From assembly GCF_009914755.1 (NCBI RefSeq), contig NC_060930.1: DNA of 64,000 nt; one strand, written 5' to 3'. The position numbers and the translations under genes are program-made. The notes beneath the pieces were generated by a model that worked only from the letters and a program-made list of their open reading frames with translations, was not told the origin of the DNA and did not search any database. Of the stretch, positions 26,281-41,174 are shown one piece after another. This stretch comes from the human T2T-CHM13v2.0 reference genome, Homo sapiens. How positions within the stretch are numbered: the first letter of the stretch is position 1; each line of letters begins with the position of its first letter.

Positions 26281-29200
26281 AGACTGAGACACACGTTTTT
26301 CCTTGTTGTTCTTTAAGGGTCTTGACTCATGAGGATTTCAGTTCTAACTCCTCACTAGACCTGAAAGGTTTCCAAAGATTCATCATTCACTTACCGACCT
26401 GTTTTAGTTCTCGTTTGGTTTTTGGCTAAGGACATATGCCTTTCTTTCTTGTGACCTCAAGTTGGTATTTTAACAGGCATTTGTTGTAATTTTCCCATCA
26501 TAATTACTAGGCATTTGGAAGTGAAAGGATTTTTTAGAATCAGAATATATCATCTACCATACTGCCAGAAATAGTTCATATTTGATGTGTTACCATTTTT
26601 TAAAATTTTTTTTTAAATTTGCTTACTTGAAAAGGATAATATTTAAAAATAATTAATAAATAAGAAAAAACATGTAGGTGTGAAAAGTAAGAAGGATCAT
26701 GGCCCTAGAGACTTTATCCCAAGTTAGAGGGCAAATGCCAAGGCAGAGCAAGCAGAGTTGGATGTTAAACTGGAAGTAATATCTAAGGGGCTTAAGAAAA
26801 ATAACAATCAGGAACATAGAAGGAGATGGTGAAGGGAGCCAAGAACTGGAAAACTTTCAGGAAAGAAGAGAGTGCCAGCAGAGACAGGACCATTTCAGTC
26901 ATGAGGTGTAATGGAAGGAGGAGAATGAAGAACTAATGTGGGAGGTAAAGGTTGATACAGCTCAAACTGAGAAAGAGATTCTGAAGTCTCAGAGGATATT
27001 GAATATAAGGGAGAAGAATGAAGTGAGCCTGAAGTTAAGGGAATGGTTAGTGATTGCTGAATAAACAGCATCTTGTGATCAGAGTTCCTATGCCAGGACA
27101 ATGTGAAGACTACCAGCCTGCCCTTAAAGACTGCTTTTGACTCAGATGTGAATCTTTGGTTCTGTCAGCTATGGCTCAGTACTTCTACTAACCAATATTG
27201 AGAGCTTCATTCAACAAGTGTACAACTTCTTTAGACCTTGATTTTTTTTCACTTAGTCATAGATTTATTCATTTACTTATTCACCAGTCATTTATTGGGT
27301 ACATCTTATACGCAGGTGCCGTACACTATCTAGTATAAAACAAAACACATGATTCCTAGATCTATGTTTTTAGTGGATTTTCATACAAGTGTAATAATAA
27401 TATTAAATGTATATTCATCTGAAAAATGTGAATCATACCTGCCACTCCTACCTTACCAGACTGTTTGAGAATAAAATGAAATAGTGTATATCAGAATACT
27501 TTGAAAATATAGCATTTTGCTTTATAACTCAGTTACTGCATACATGGTATGAAGTATTAGATAAGTTACTTTATACTTTTAAGTCATCCTTGAATGTCTT
27601 CTGAGAGACGGCTAACACATAATATAGTGCAACGGCATTTAAAATTCGAATTTTGATTACTAATATTTAACTTATCCACTTCACAGTGCTTCATGGTGAG
27701 TTGGATGAATTTAACAGTTGGATTTGACACTTGAAGAGTTCAGTTTTATTCGAGTGTTTTTCAAAGTTATGCCCATGGACTGTTGGTGTTCTAATGAACC
27801 TTATTGTCTCCAAGAATTGCCTGATAGACAGGAGAAAGTTGTCCAAGGAGCAGGAGAAAAACTAAACGGGGAGGAGAATTCCTAGACTGCAGGACTTCAG
27901 CAACTTCAACTAAAGCAGTTCTACTAGTATTTGTTTAGTACAACAGAAGTCTGTGAAGTAGTTTATTTTTAAAAAGGAAGCCAGGCACTGCTGCTTTAAA
28001 AACATATTGTAAACCAAAATATATGGCACAGTAAATTCTAGTGCTATTACTTCCAAGGAGAAAATTAAAATATGAGATGTGGTTCTACTTCTCTAGTTAT
28101 TACCTGTTTTTAAAATTCAGATAGTACCATAATTTGGCTGAAGGATTATGCAATGTATAGTGAAACTTCAGTATAATACACTAAGAAAAAACAAATTCCA
28201 AAGAAAAAGAAAACTACTAGAATGTTCTATATTGGTCTTAGTTGGTCTGTTTTTCTACTATATATTATGTTTATTATACACTTGGTATATGAGATAAATA
28301 CTTATTATTGTTTTTTAGCATTTTAGCTTTAAATAGCATTATATAGATTGTCCAGGGAAATATATATTATTTCCAAGCTCATTACTTCAGCTTGTACAGT
28401 TAATAGACTTTATACTATGCTTTTTTATACTACTCTTGATATATGTTCAATTTAAAGCAATATAGTAAAATTTTTAAAGTATATTTTTACTTTATCTTTT
28501 TTATTCATTTAGAAAGTCATCATTTAAAGCTTTGTTTCTTTACTCATTTTAACATATGATTACCTTGATTTCAGCTAGACTCTCTTAAAGCATAGACATG
28601 ATAACCAAGTGCGGATTGATTGATATTTGCTAACTGTATACGTACTACTTATGCAGCATAATGAATAAAGAAAGCATAGACCTTGATGTATCCTCAAGAT
28701 GGCATATATGCTATTTCCTTATAATTAGTGGAAATATTTTCAAAGCTTTCTGAATCACTAATACAACAAATTAGTTGTATTATTTGTTACTTTGTAAACT
28801 ACAACAGATATATCAAGGCAGCATTTGTGTGTATTCATCTTTAATTTTATGACTTTATTATTTGTGACTCATTTATATAGTTTTATGGTCCATACATGAT
28901 GTAAGTAATTGTTTTCTCATGTTTTGGTATTCACTGAGTATGTATATCAGCTTTTGTTTAAGTATGCATTTGTTTTTGTATGTGTTGCATTTACAATAGA
29001 TTAGAAATACATGAGCAGATGTATTCTTAACTGGTTACTTGTAAAACAACATTTATTAGAACAAGTATGAAAACATTATCGGCTTGTTTAGTATTTTAAC
29101 AGAATAATTATATGCTTTTTACACCATTATCCACCCAGTTCCCAAATCAAAGAACTGGAAGCCACCCAGATTTTTACCTCTCCCCAGTCCTCTTCCTAAT

Positions 29201-31606
29201 TCAATATTTCTCAATCCTTTTTATTATCACTCCCCTAAGGGATCTTTTAGGTGTTCCTTTCCTAATTGCCCTCCTTACATGAAATTTTAATACTAGAGAC
29301 ATACTATTTATATACTGCAGGCCTTTGGAGGACCACTAACCATTGTATTATCTAAGATTTTTTTGTTCCCTCTACCTTCACCAAGAATCAGTTATCCCCT
29401 TCTGGGGACAGTATCACTCCCAATGGGAATGCATGTTCAAATGAGTCATCAAGGCCTACTCATTTTACTTCTCAAAGAGAACTCATGATCACAGATTTAA
29501 AGTTACAGAGAACAGATGTGTTTACTCACCTCAATTTTATAAGAAGACTAAAAAGACTAAAAACTCCATCTAACATGAAACTAGGATTTAACCACATCTG
29601 TAAATAATAAGCTATAGAAAGCAATTTTCAAATTCAGTGAAATCTGAACCAAAATGAGAGGAAATGCCAAAAATAGTTGCTTACTTGTTCAGCTATTGAA
29701 CAGAATGTGAAGCTCTCTAAAATAAATGTCACAGCCTTAAAAAGTCCAATGAAAAATTCCCTTCTAGAATATGTAAGAGCTAGGGGAAGTTTTAGCCCTG
29801 GAGCACCTTGAAACAGTATTTTATACCTCATAGTAGCAGACTACATGGACTCAGAAGAGGACCATCTCAGGTCTGCCATTCTGTGGCAGAAGCAGGGTAT
29901 TGGGGGACTGTATATAGGAATCAATGTGGCAAAAGCTATTCAGTATAATTTACAAATAAACTGGTATAGCATGATTTTAACGTATGTCTTCATTATGAAA
30001 TCCTATGAACATTTTGATAACAACATAACTGGTCTAATTCTACCCTTATTCAAAAATAAGCAATAATATTACATGGTCACAGTTCCCCAGGCATGACAGT
30101 ATAGTTTATATCAGACTAACTTCTCCACATATAAAACTATAAAAGCTGAACAAGAACAAATAATGAACAAGAACAAATAATGAACAACAACAGCAAAAAC
30201 TATTGGAAGGCCTTTGAGAGCAACAAAGCAGGCAGAAATTTGAGTAGTTTCAATTTTTGAAAGGAGGGGAAAACACAAGGTAAGTGGTAAGTTCATCCTA
30301 GTTTCCTCTGAAGTTACTTTCCAATTTGGTGACATAGGATAATAGAGCCGTAAGCAGAGAGCAGTGTTCTTACTTACTAGGCTGAGAAAATAAATTTCAC
30401 AATTCAGGAACTGACAGAGAAACTGGAAATTGTGAGGGTGGAAGGCTTCAAATTTTGCTATAGAATTCCTTCATACGTTGACCAGTGACCTGTCTATGCA
30501 CAGGGAAGTTTCCAGGAAAGCAAACAAAAAGCAGCAGCTGGAAGGCCAAAGAGCCAAGCACAAATTCCAGCAGCTGCCAGTGCTGGGGAGATGGATTGGA
30601 CTTCAAGTTCCCATAGTTAGAGGGGTATGACAAACACTTTTGATTTCTTTTAAATATCTCAGAAGGGCCAAACTCTAGAAATAAGCATTACACTCTGTGA
30701 ATAATAGCAAATCTTTAAACCCAAACTCTGTACAAGAACAAGACGAAATCTTTCTGTCAATCAAATGAGAATTTTACCTATTTTGGAGGAAAATAATATC
30801 ATACAGAGCCTCCACAGGGTTTCATCCACACAGTTTTACATCTGATTAAAATTTATGAGTCATGTTTAACAACGAGAAAAAGGACTACCTGGCTAAACAC
30901 TAACAAGAGTTATCAAATAGAGAGAGACTTTAAAATATCTGTGATTAATATGTTAAAGAAATCAAAGGAGGATGGATTATTTAACAGAGACCTGGAATCC
31001 ATTTTAAAAAATTAAATTATAATTTAAAAATTAAAAAAAAGTAATAGTGGGTTTAATGACATATGAGAAACAGTAAAACCAAGGATTAATGAACTAGTCA
31101 GTAGAAAGTATAGGAGTTGATGTACAGAGAGAAGAGACAGAAATTGGAGGAGAATATAAACAAGTTGAACATGATGAAAAATTCTAATGTATATAGAGTC
31201 CCAGAAGGAGAGGAAATGACAGAAGCAACACTTGAATACTGAATTACAGACCGACAATTTTCCAGGACTGATAAAAGACATCAAATTACAAATCTGAAAT
31301 CTTTACATACCCAATAATATATGTAAGAGAGAAAAAAATCAGCATTATTGTAATCAAAGTACAGAAAACTAAAGGAAAACATTTCTTAAAAGAATCTCAG
31401 GGGAAAAAAGAGATAATATCTTTGGAGAAGCAAAGATATGACTAGCTGAAATTTCAGCACATATTATGAGACCCCAAATTTGATGGAATGGCCAAAAGAA
31501 AGAACTCTGAAAGGAAAAAACAAAAATGTCCAACTTACAATTTTATGCTTAGTAAATATTACCCAGAAATATCTTTCAGGAAATAAATAAATGAGTGCAT
31601 GCATGC

Positions 31607-31654
<48 letters not shown>
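31607..31654. repeat. (ATAG)12 tetranucleotide STR
   Basis: Perfect array preceded by TGCATGCATGCAT. Confidence 0.97.
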
Positions 31655-31655
<1 letters not shown>

Positions 31656-32277
31656 GAACAAAGAGAATTCATCATGAGGTGACCAGCACTACAAAAAATA
31701 CTAATGGGAGTTCATGTTGAAGAAAAGTATCTCCAGTTGGAAGCACTAGCCTTGAGGAAGAATGAAGAACATTGGAAAGAGTTCATAATGATAAAAACAA
31801 CATCTTGTGGTAGTTAAAACATATGTAGACGTGAAAAATATATAAAATACCTGAGTGAAAGGTGGGAGGGGAGTAAATGGAAGTAAGTTATTGTACAGAT
31901 CTTGCATTATTTTGAAATTGGTTAAAATGTCTAACTTGAGGATTTAAGTAAGTCAAAGTGCATATTTTAATCTTTAGGGTAGTCACTAATAGCATAATAG
32001 AAGAATGCACAACTCAGATGCTAATAGTTGAAAAAATGTGGAATAATAAAAATACCTAATTAGGCAAAAGGAGAAGTAAAACAACAAACAGATGGGATGA
32101 CTACAAATAAACAGAAAGTGGTGGATGGAACTACATCTGTATCAATAATTGCATCAAAAGTAAATGTACTCAGTAAAAATTACCAATATCATAGAATGAA
32201 AGGGGACAATAATACATATTATAGATATATAAATGATATTGTAAACAACTTACGATAGTAAGTTTTTCAATTCAGAT

Positions 32278-32500
32278 CACAGTGAGCAAACTATGGCCAG
32301 CAGGCTAAATCTGGCCCACTGCCTATTATTGTGAATAAAGGTTTACTGGAACACATCTATGCCCATTTCCTAATATATCGTCTATGGCTGTTTTCCCGCC
32401 ACAACAATTGAGTGGTTGCAACAGAGTCGAGTAGTTGCAACAGAGTCAGTATGAAATATTTACTATCTGGCCCTTTACAAAATAAATTTTCCTAACCCTG
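32278..32500. mobile_element. MER58-like hAT-Charlie MITE
   Basis: gcaaactatggccagcaggctaaatctggcccactgcct...atatttactatctggccctttaca. Confidence 0.8.
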
Positions 32501-34264
32501 ACTTACATGAAATATACAAATTTTCTGAAAAGTACAACTTACTAAAAATGACATAAGAATAAACTAAAAAGCTGAAGAGTTATATATTTAGTTTCTTAAA
32601 TGATTCTGTAATTGTTTTCAACCTTTTCACCAAGAAATATCCTGACCCAGGTAGATCCTGATAATTACAAATATTTAAAGAATAAATACTCTTATCTTCC
32701 ACAATTTTTTCCTAAGGAACATTTTGAAACTCGGTGATGGCAGCCTTTCCTTGATGCATTTGGTAAGGACATTACAAGATAGAAAAAATAGGACAAAATC
32801 TCTCATTAAAATAGAGAGACCCCAAACAAAATTTTAGCAAATTGAATCCAGATAGAGAGAGGGATGATAAATGATGGATGAATTCATAGATCATTATTTA
32901 CAGTTTATGTGATTATGCATATAGGAAATATATAAAATATTTCTCTTCATGACAAACTTAGCTTAAAAACAATTACAGTCCATTTACATATATTCAATCC
33001 ACTAAAAGAACCTAGAAGTCTATATAAATATATATATATAATAACTATTAGAATTAATGAATTTTGCAGAGTCACTGGGTATAAGGTTAACGTATGAAAA
33101 GGAATTTTATTTTTATGTACTAGCAACAAACAAACCTTAGGAAATGAAATTTACAAAATGCCATCAATGTAATATAGTCAGAAATATAAAATACCTAGAA
33201 ATAAATCTAAGACCTAGGAATAAACTAACAAAATGTGCATAAGCCCTCAACACTGAAGACTACTTATAGCTTCACATAAAACTCAACACATGTATGTGTG
33301 TGGGAATGAGATTTAATAAAAATTACAGAGATCATTACTTCTTAAGGTCCAGCTTACTTGAAGAGATTGAATATAAATAGTGATCTAACTTGAGTTCATT
33401 TTTTAGTTCTGATTCTTATTATCAAAATAGGTCCACCAGACACCTTTAGGAGGTATTTAATGCCACCTTGATTATTAATCACCAGTCCCTGTGTTATGAC
33501 CACTGAAAATTATAGGATGGATGCCTGGAGATGGCTTCTTAATATTGATCAACAATATTGATCTACTGTTTGTGGTTAGTAACTTGTGTATTGATCCAGA
33601 TGTAAGTGTAGGGCTCATATAATTTTTGTTATTTAACTTTTAAAATTTTTGTAAACATCATTGTGAACTTATATGCATTATTATTCTTTATACTACTTGT
33701 TCCTTCTTAAGGCTTACAATAGAATTATGGTAGACTTCTAGGTTCTTTTAGTGGATTGAATGTATGTAAATTGATTGTAATTGTTTTTAAGCTAAGTTTG
33801 TCATGAAGAGTGGGAACTATCCTGACATAGCCCCTCGTGTCTTCTGAAAACATTCTTGCTTTCTGAAAGAAGGTGTTTTAGGACTTCTGTTTTTTATCCT
33901 CTTCCAAAACGTTGTGTCAGCCTCCTTACATTGTAATAATGGGCCAAAGTCTGGCAAATGAAGGTACAGATTTGATTGTCTTACATTACCCATCACTTCT
34001 GTATCTATAAGTAACAGTCTATGTTTGGGAAAGTAAGCTTCTGATGCTTTAATGTTATTTTATTATTTTTAAAAATTCTTGTTTAAATTGGTTTCTTGTT
34101 TGTCTGTTACCATAATTTAATTGATTTTATCCACATTACTTGTTTGTATTTTACCATCTATACAATCAGTACATATTCTACAATTGATGGCATGTCATCG
34201 TTTAATTAGCATTTTTCTTTCTTAGGAGAGAGACTCCATACCCCCATTCCAGAATTACTTGGTC

Positions 34265-34718
34265 TGATAGGCAGAACAATGTGCCCCCGACAAAGGGTTC
34301 CTATATCATAATCCTCAGAAAAATGGGGAATTGGGGTGTCAGATGGAATTAAGGTTGCTATTGTCTGAATTTAAAGTAGGGAGCTTGTACAAGGTTATCC
34401 AGTGGGCCCAGTGTAGTAACAGGAGTGCTTATAAGTGAAAAAAGGAGGGAGCAGAGTCAGTCAAAGACAGAGATATGACAATAGAAGCAGAGGTCACAGT
34501 GATTCCACATGTATGCAACCAGCCATTGTTCCCTTTGATGACAGAGGAAGGGGCCATCAGTTAAGGAATTTGGGCAGCCTACATAAACTAGAAAAGGCAA
34601 AGAAACATATTCTCCCCTAAAGCCTCCAGATGAAACATAGCCCAGCTGACACCTTGATTTTAGGGCTTCTGACCTCCAGAACTGAAAGATAATAAATTTG
34701 TGTTGTTTTAAGCCACCA
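34265..34718 (+). mobile_element. MLT1 (MaLR) solo LTR remnant
   Basis: gaattaaggttgcta...ctgacaccttgattttag...gataataaatttgtgttgttttaagccac. Confidence 0.8.
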
Positions 34719-34919
34719 AAAAAAAATACATAAAATAATGATGTGTCTTAATACTGATGGCATCTTTGATTTGGCTGAATGCGTATAGACACTTTATCAC
34801 CTTTTCCATTTAATGCTTAATTATTTCATACCAAATCATATGTGTAATTTATAATGTGGACCAAAGTGTTATTACCACCAGATCTCATTTTCCATACCTA
34901 TCAGTATGAGGTCCCCAAA

Positions 34920-35316
34920 ATTCATTTCTTTTTATGGTTGATAATATTTCATTGTATGGATTTAACACATTTTGTTTCTCTATTCATCAGTTGATGGGCA
35001 TTTGTTTTGTTTCCATCCACTTTTTGACTTTTGCGAATAATTTTGATATGAATAGTTCATATATGTTTGTGTGGATATATATTTTCGATTCTCTTGAGTA
35101 TATACTTAGGAATGGAATTGCTGGATCATATGGTAGCTCTAGTTTACCTGTATTTAAAGTGCCATCATATTTTCTAAAGCAGCTGCATCACTTTACATCC
35201 CCATCAGCAATGTTGACGGCTCCAGTTTCTCCTAATTCTAGTCAACCTTTGTTATTGTCTATTTTTTATTATAGCCATCCTAGTACATTTAAAGTAGAAT
35301 ATCATTGTGGTTTTCA
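34920..35316 (-). mobile_element. L1M (MB/MC) ORF2 3' fragment
   Basis: gagtatatacttaggaatggaattgctggatcatatggtagctc...atcattgtggtttt; explains ORF 34934..35377 as antisense L1. Confidence 0.8.
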
Positions 35317-35552
35317 TAAACCTGCTGTTAAGCCAAAATTATCAAACTACTTTGCTATCTTCAAGAATTCACTTTGATTCTACTGAGTTAGCAATTTTTT
35401 GAAAAGGGAATTTTCTTAAAATGGTAGCATTTTTAAAGTATTAGAAGTTCAGTTTCTTTCTTCTCTGGGATTCTTTAATTCTCTATGCTAGAATTAGGTA
35501 AGTACTCACCTGTACAGATCAATCAGAACAGAAGTTCTATTAAATGTAAAAT

Positions 35553-36029
35553 ACCATTCTACTATAAAGACACATGCACAAGTATGTTTATTACAGCAAT
35601 ATTCACAATAGCAAAGACTTGGAACCAACCCAAATGCCAATCAGTGATAGACTGGATAAAGAACATGTGGCACATATACACCATGGAATACTATGCAGCC
35701 ATAAAAGGGTGAATTCATGTCCTTTGCAGGGACATGGATGAAGCTGGAAATCATCATTCTCAGCAAACTAACACAGGAACAGAAAATCAAACACCACATG
35801 TTCTCACTCATAAGTGGGAGTTGAACAATGACAACACAGGGAGGGGAATATCACACACCAAGGCCTGTCAGGGGGTAGGGGGCTATGGGAGGGATAGCAT
35901 TAGGAGAAATACCTAATGTAGATGATGGGTTTGATGGGTGCAGCAAACCACCATGGCACGTATATACCTATGTAACAAACCTTCATGTTCTGCACATGTA
36001 TCTCAGAACCTAAAGTGTAATAAAAAAAG
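35553..36029 (+). mobile_element. L1PA (older, about PA7-PA8) 3' fragment
   Basis: ORF2 C-terminus [28 protein letters not shown]1 3' UTR and A-tail. Confidence 0.92.
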
Positions 36030-37339
36030 AACTCCCCCCAAAAAATCTTATGTACCCCATAAATATATATAGCTACTATGTACCCATGAAATCAAAAATT
36101 AAAACTTATTTTTAAAACAAAAGTATAAAAACAAAATACCTTGGGATCTAATATTTGCTACTTGGACAACTATCCCTATGGTATACACAAAGTAAGAATG
36201 TTTTTGTCACCAATTAAAAATATTTTTTTTTAGCAAACAGAACTAGCAGGTTCAGTGTTACCACACAGCTATAGGGTTAAAATTAACGTAGTAATCTAAG
36301 CCTATATTTTAAAGGGTTTTTCTTCTTTCAGTATGCACAATATATTTCTTGAGTGATGTGAGTTTTTAGTAGCATTCAAAAAAAAATACTTGCAAAAATT
36401 CTACCAAACTAGATTTTCTGTCATCTGCCACCCAGCTTTCAATGTATTCCTGACACTGAAATCTGCTGGCCAGCCGTCTGACAGATTTCACCCATAGGTA
36501 GATTCCCTATTGTTACTGCCACTAGTTGGGAAAGTATTATTAGTCATAAGCAATGCAGAATCAGAGTCAGTCTTGCCAAGAACTGGAACCAGAAAGAAAC
36601 AAAACAAAACAAAACAAAACAAAAACATGCATAGAAAACCAGAGTCAGAAAAAAAGAAAACAGAAAGAAGACTGTGCTGTTGCCTCTTGAGGTTAAATCT
36701 AGAAGCCAGGAAAAGGCATCCTTGGGCTTATAGAGCCCATGAAATGCCCTGCTTGGACAACACAGCTAATTGGCTTAAGTAGGGAGTTCATTTAAGTGTC
36801 TTTGGTGGGACTTCCAGTACTATCAGAACATAATTCTCCAAATTAAAACACTAATCACCAGAAAAATAGCAAATGTTGGAGCTTTAATTAATTAGTGAGA
36901 AAACCGACAGTATAACAAGCTGTTTCCAAAGATGATCCAAGAAACCCTTGTAATTTTGTACATGTACATATAGTTATTGGGGAAAATGGAATACTAAAAT
37001 TAGATTACTAAGTTAGATTCAAAACTGGATAATGTATTCTAAGTCAATGAAACTATGACTTACCAGTTATCCACTCTAGAGCCAGATAGTAATCATATGC
37101 CCTTTATTAGTTTTTTTTTTTCAAATTAACATCTAACTTTACAAAGAATATAAAATGTTTGGACTACAATTATAAGAGTAAATACTAAGTCAAAATTTTA
37201 CACTTCTGTAGAGAGTCAAATGACCCTTAGGTGCTCTTGTTAGCCAATGCACAAGCATGTTAGGGAATGCTCAAGAAAAGTGGCCAGAAAACCAATTTGG
37301 TTGGTTGGTTGGGTTTGTCTTACTTCCAAGATTGGATAT

Positions 37340-37920
37340 TTTGTTCTTACTCTGAGCAGTTGGGTAGATGGGTGCCTATAATGTGATATGGAAGATTGGA
37401 GAGGGAGCAGGTTTTTTGAGGGTTGAACACTTTATGTTTGAGAGCCTTATTAGATATATCCAAGCAGATACGTCAGTTGACAGCTGGATATATAAATCTG
37501 GAGTCCAGGGCTGAGTACAAGGTGCAGGAAAACAATTGGGATCTGCAGCATATAGATACTACATAATGCTTGGAACCAGGTGAGACATCTGTGGAGTTCA
37601 GTTCATGTAGAAGAATATAGGCCAAAGGGCTGGGCATTGAGGAGCTCCTACATTTAGTGATAAAAGAGGATCAAGGTCCTGCCAGTGAGGCACAAGTTTG
37701 GAAAATCCATTAGAATAAAGTATTTCAAGACAAGGGAATCAAATTCTTTGACAAATGCATGACATATTGAGAGGTCAAAAGGATAAAGACTGGTAAGTGA
37801 CAGGATTTGCTGTGTGGAGTTATTAGCGACTGATAAAAGACAGTTTTAGTGAAATGTTAGGGACAAAGCCTGATTCAAATTACTTCAGAAAAAAATAGGA
37901 GAGGATATATAAATAACTAC
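37340..37920. mobile_element. L2 fragment
   Basis: ggagagggagcaggtttt...cagttgacagctggatatataaatctggagtcc-type L2 sequence. Confidence 0.6.
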
Positions 37921-39099
37921 TTGAGATTTTTCAGCAAAAAGTCTACAAGAAGGGGGGGATCAAAAGGAAAGGGATTTTGTTTGACTTTTAAAGATGGGTT
38001 ATAGCACAGTATATTTCTATACTGATCACTTTTTTTCACTTCCTACTCATAAATCTATTCATTCAGCAATGGGAAGGGGGCTGTAGCAGTTTTAGTGGTG
38101 CATAAAGTGCATGCTGTTATGAAATATCAGAATCCCAATATAACCAGTACAAAATGTAAAACAAAGGACCAGGAGACAACAGTCATGAAGCTAGAGAGAC
38201 TGAGTAGCTTTATAAAGCAGAAAACCTTAAGATGTGTCTTAAAAGATTCAGATATGTATAAGCGATAGGAATAATTTTTCAAGAAACAGAAGCAGAACAA
38301 ATGAAAGGTAAGAAATGGGGCAGTAGAAAGCATATTTGTGCTGTAATCTTCAGATTGATTAGATTAATCTGACTGATTAGATTCTATGAACTGCCTCCTC
38401 AGTTAGAAGAAATGAAAATACCTTAAATGTTTTTCATTGAATATTATAATATTATAGACTGTTTAGGAAGCTACACAGGTCCTCATAAAAGAATGCTTTT
38501 AAGCATCTGGACATATATTTTTTGAGAAAAAAAAACTCATATTTTATTCAGCCAATCATTTTTCATATAACTTAACCCCCTCCCAATGATAACACTTGTT
38601 ATACATATTTTTCTATTTTTTCCAGAACTTTTATTTGTCAAAATTGTAGAATATTTCACTGCTAAAATTGGATACCCGTGAAATAAACTTTTGAATCTTC
38701 CCAGTTCATCTTAAATTTTAATAATAAAATATGATAGTAGACATTTCCCTATACTCTTAAACTTCTTTATAAACTAAAGAACATTGCCCAGAATTTCACA
38801 ATGGTGTTTTTTTGTGACTGATATTAGAGATGGAAATTTCAAGCTGTAATAGAATTCCATCTTTATGGAAATAATGGGAAGAAAAAAGGGTACATGTTAA
38901 TTAATTCATACTTTCCTTTAAAGGTTAGAAAATCATCAGAAGAGAAGTTTTCAATAACCATTGTGGAGAGTGGGCTAAAATAATTGATGAGAGATGAGAA
39001 ACCACTGCTTTCTCTGTTGTAGGCATTCGATTGAGCATGGACATTGTAACTATGAAATTGACCAAATCCTGACATTTCTGTAGATTCTCCAGCAGAATT

Positions 39100-39490
39100 C
39101 TGCAAGTAAAATAGTAAAGAAAAGCAGATAGAGTAGCCTTAAGGATGGGTGGCGTATTAGATAATGCATTCAAATATGTTGGTGAAGACACAGAAGAAAT
39201 TGACCATAATACTTATCAGGAAAGAAAGTCTCCTGGAGTTGGGAATATAAATCCCACAGGAAACAGTTTGGGATTGATCATACATAATAATACTCTCATT
39301 TGTGTCTCAAAAAATGTACATAAAATGCATAGCAAAATTATCAGATTTGCAAATGACTTAAAATTTTGAGTTAATGAAAAACTGACTGGAATAAGTTGAA
39401 AGAATAAGAATCATTTATTATTATCAGAATTTTGATGTGGACAAGTTCAAGTAATGCAGCTAAGTATTAAAAATTACAAATTGTCCTCAT
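39100..39490 (+). mobile_element. L3/CR1 LINE reverse-transcriptase relic
   Basis: ORF 39145..39369 has PTGNSLGLIIHN...SKIIRFANDLK, a decayed form of CR1 PQGSVLGPVLFN...IKFADDTK. Confidence 0.55.
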
Positions 39491-39983
39491 CAAGTAGAGG
39501 TCTCAATTTTCAATTCACAATCCATGAAGGATCCTAAGGACCAGTCTTACCTCTTTTCCGTAGCTTATAAACTCTCCTTGCTGATCTTGCTCTCCCACCT
39601 TTATGAACTCACCTCATACCAATTTCTCTCTCATTATATATATGACAACAAACTTGTTACATAATCCCAACACTTTCTGTTTTATAATTTATAATCATAT
39701 TAGGATTTTTTCTGACTCACATATTAAATGTCCTCACTGTTAAAGATGCTATATCAGCTAGTGTGTATTTTGTAGTTCAAAACAAGAAGTAGAAAATGAA
39801 GAAGATCAAAATGGTAATAAGGGTCATATAATTAGTTTTTGCAAATATTTTGAGGAAACATAAAATTAAGAGGGTCATTTTAGGTGTATCAAACCAGGTT
39901 TTTATTAGACAGAAATGTACTGGTCTAGATGGATAATAAAGCTGCATATGCATTGTAATTTAAAAGGTTGTAAGAATCCTAAC

Positions 39984-40270
39984 ATCATTCTCAGTAAACT
40001 ATCGCAAGGACAAAAAACCAAACACCACATGTTCTCACTCATAGATGGGAATTGAACAATGAGAACACATGGACACAGGAAGGGGAACATCACACTCTGG
40101 GGACTGTTGTGGGGTGGGGGGAGGGGGGAGGGATAGCATTAGGAGATATACCTAATGCTAAATGATGAGTTAATGGGTGCAGCACACCAGCATGGCACAT
40201 GTATACATATGTAACTAACCTGCACATTGTGCACATGTACCCTAAAACTTAAAGTATAAAAAAAAAAAAA
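39984..40270 (+). mobile_element. Young L1PA (PA2/PA3-like) 3' end, ~290 bp
   Basis: L1 3' UTR with G-tract and pure poly-A; perfect 15-nt TSD aagaatcctaacatc (39972-39986 / 40271-40285). Confidence 0.95.
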
Positions 40271-41174
40271 AAGAATCCTAACATCCATGCTCCCTGCTTG
40301 CTTGCCCTACCTCTCCTCAACTCTCAGACGTAGTTTACTTTGGCTAGTAGAAAGGAGTTTTTCCCAGCTAACTTTCTATGCTGCATAAAATAATTAACAA
40401 TAATATATTCTTTGGGGAGAGAAGGAATCTATTCAGGTAAACTGGTACAAGCTGGTAACATAGACAAGTTTTGATAGGAAAGAAAAAAATAAAAAGAAAT
40501 CAGCCTACATCATGCGAGTGTGAGGCACTGAAAGAAGGAAATGAGATGAAGAAGTTTGTGTGGAGGAAGTGGAGCATGAGGGGACAAGGAAGGAGGAGGG
40601 AAAACTTAATCCAAAAGCATTTTGTTGTTGTTGTTTTAGTTTTAGTTTTTGCTTTCTTTGCAGTCTTAGACTCATTAAGCAAGATGTGTTAGTTAGAATC
40701 CCAAAGGGAAATTAGAACAAATACTGTTTTCATTTCTTAAGCCTTGTTATGTGGCACATTTAAAGAGTGTACGTTTTTAAAAATATTTTTCTCTCTGGAA
40801 TATATATGAACTTTTCTTAATAATTGAAATATTTTAGTTTTTCTCTGGTAACATAGTAACTATACTGTTTACAAAATTGGTCAGTAACATTCATCTCCCC
40901 ATGCATGGCATTTGTTGCACTTATTTTTACAATCTTTAAAAAGATTCTAAATTATTCCATGTTGAAATGGCATTGTTTTAAGCCATGTCTAGTAATAAAT
41001 ACTTTGCAGGTGGTGGTGTGATACTAAAGTATTTGTAGGTATAGATCCACTACTCAACTGCATTTTCTCCCTAAAAATGTGTCTGGATTATTTCAAAATA
41101 AATTAGATTTAGAATTTCAGTGATGCTGACCTGTAATTTATGGATGCATATATGTTTTTACTTTGTAAATATAG

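Larger units (their letters stand above)
30100..33260 (+). mobile_element. Highly degraded old L1M element, interrupted by (ATAG)n and MER58
   Basis: A-rich + strand with L1-like stretches (e.g. aaaatacctagaaataaatctaa). Boundaries approximate. Confidence 0.65.
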
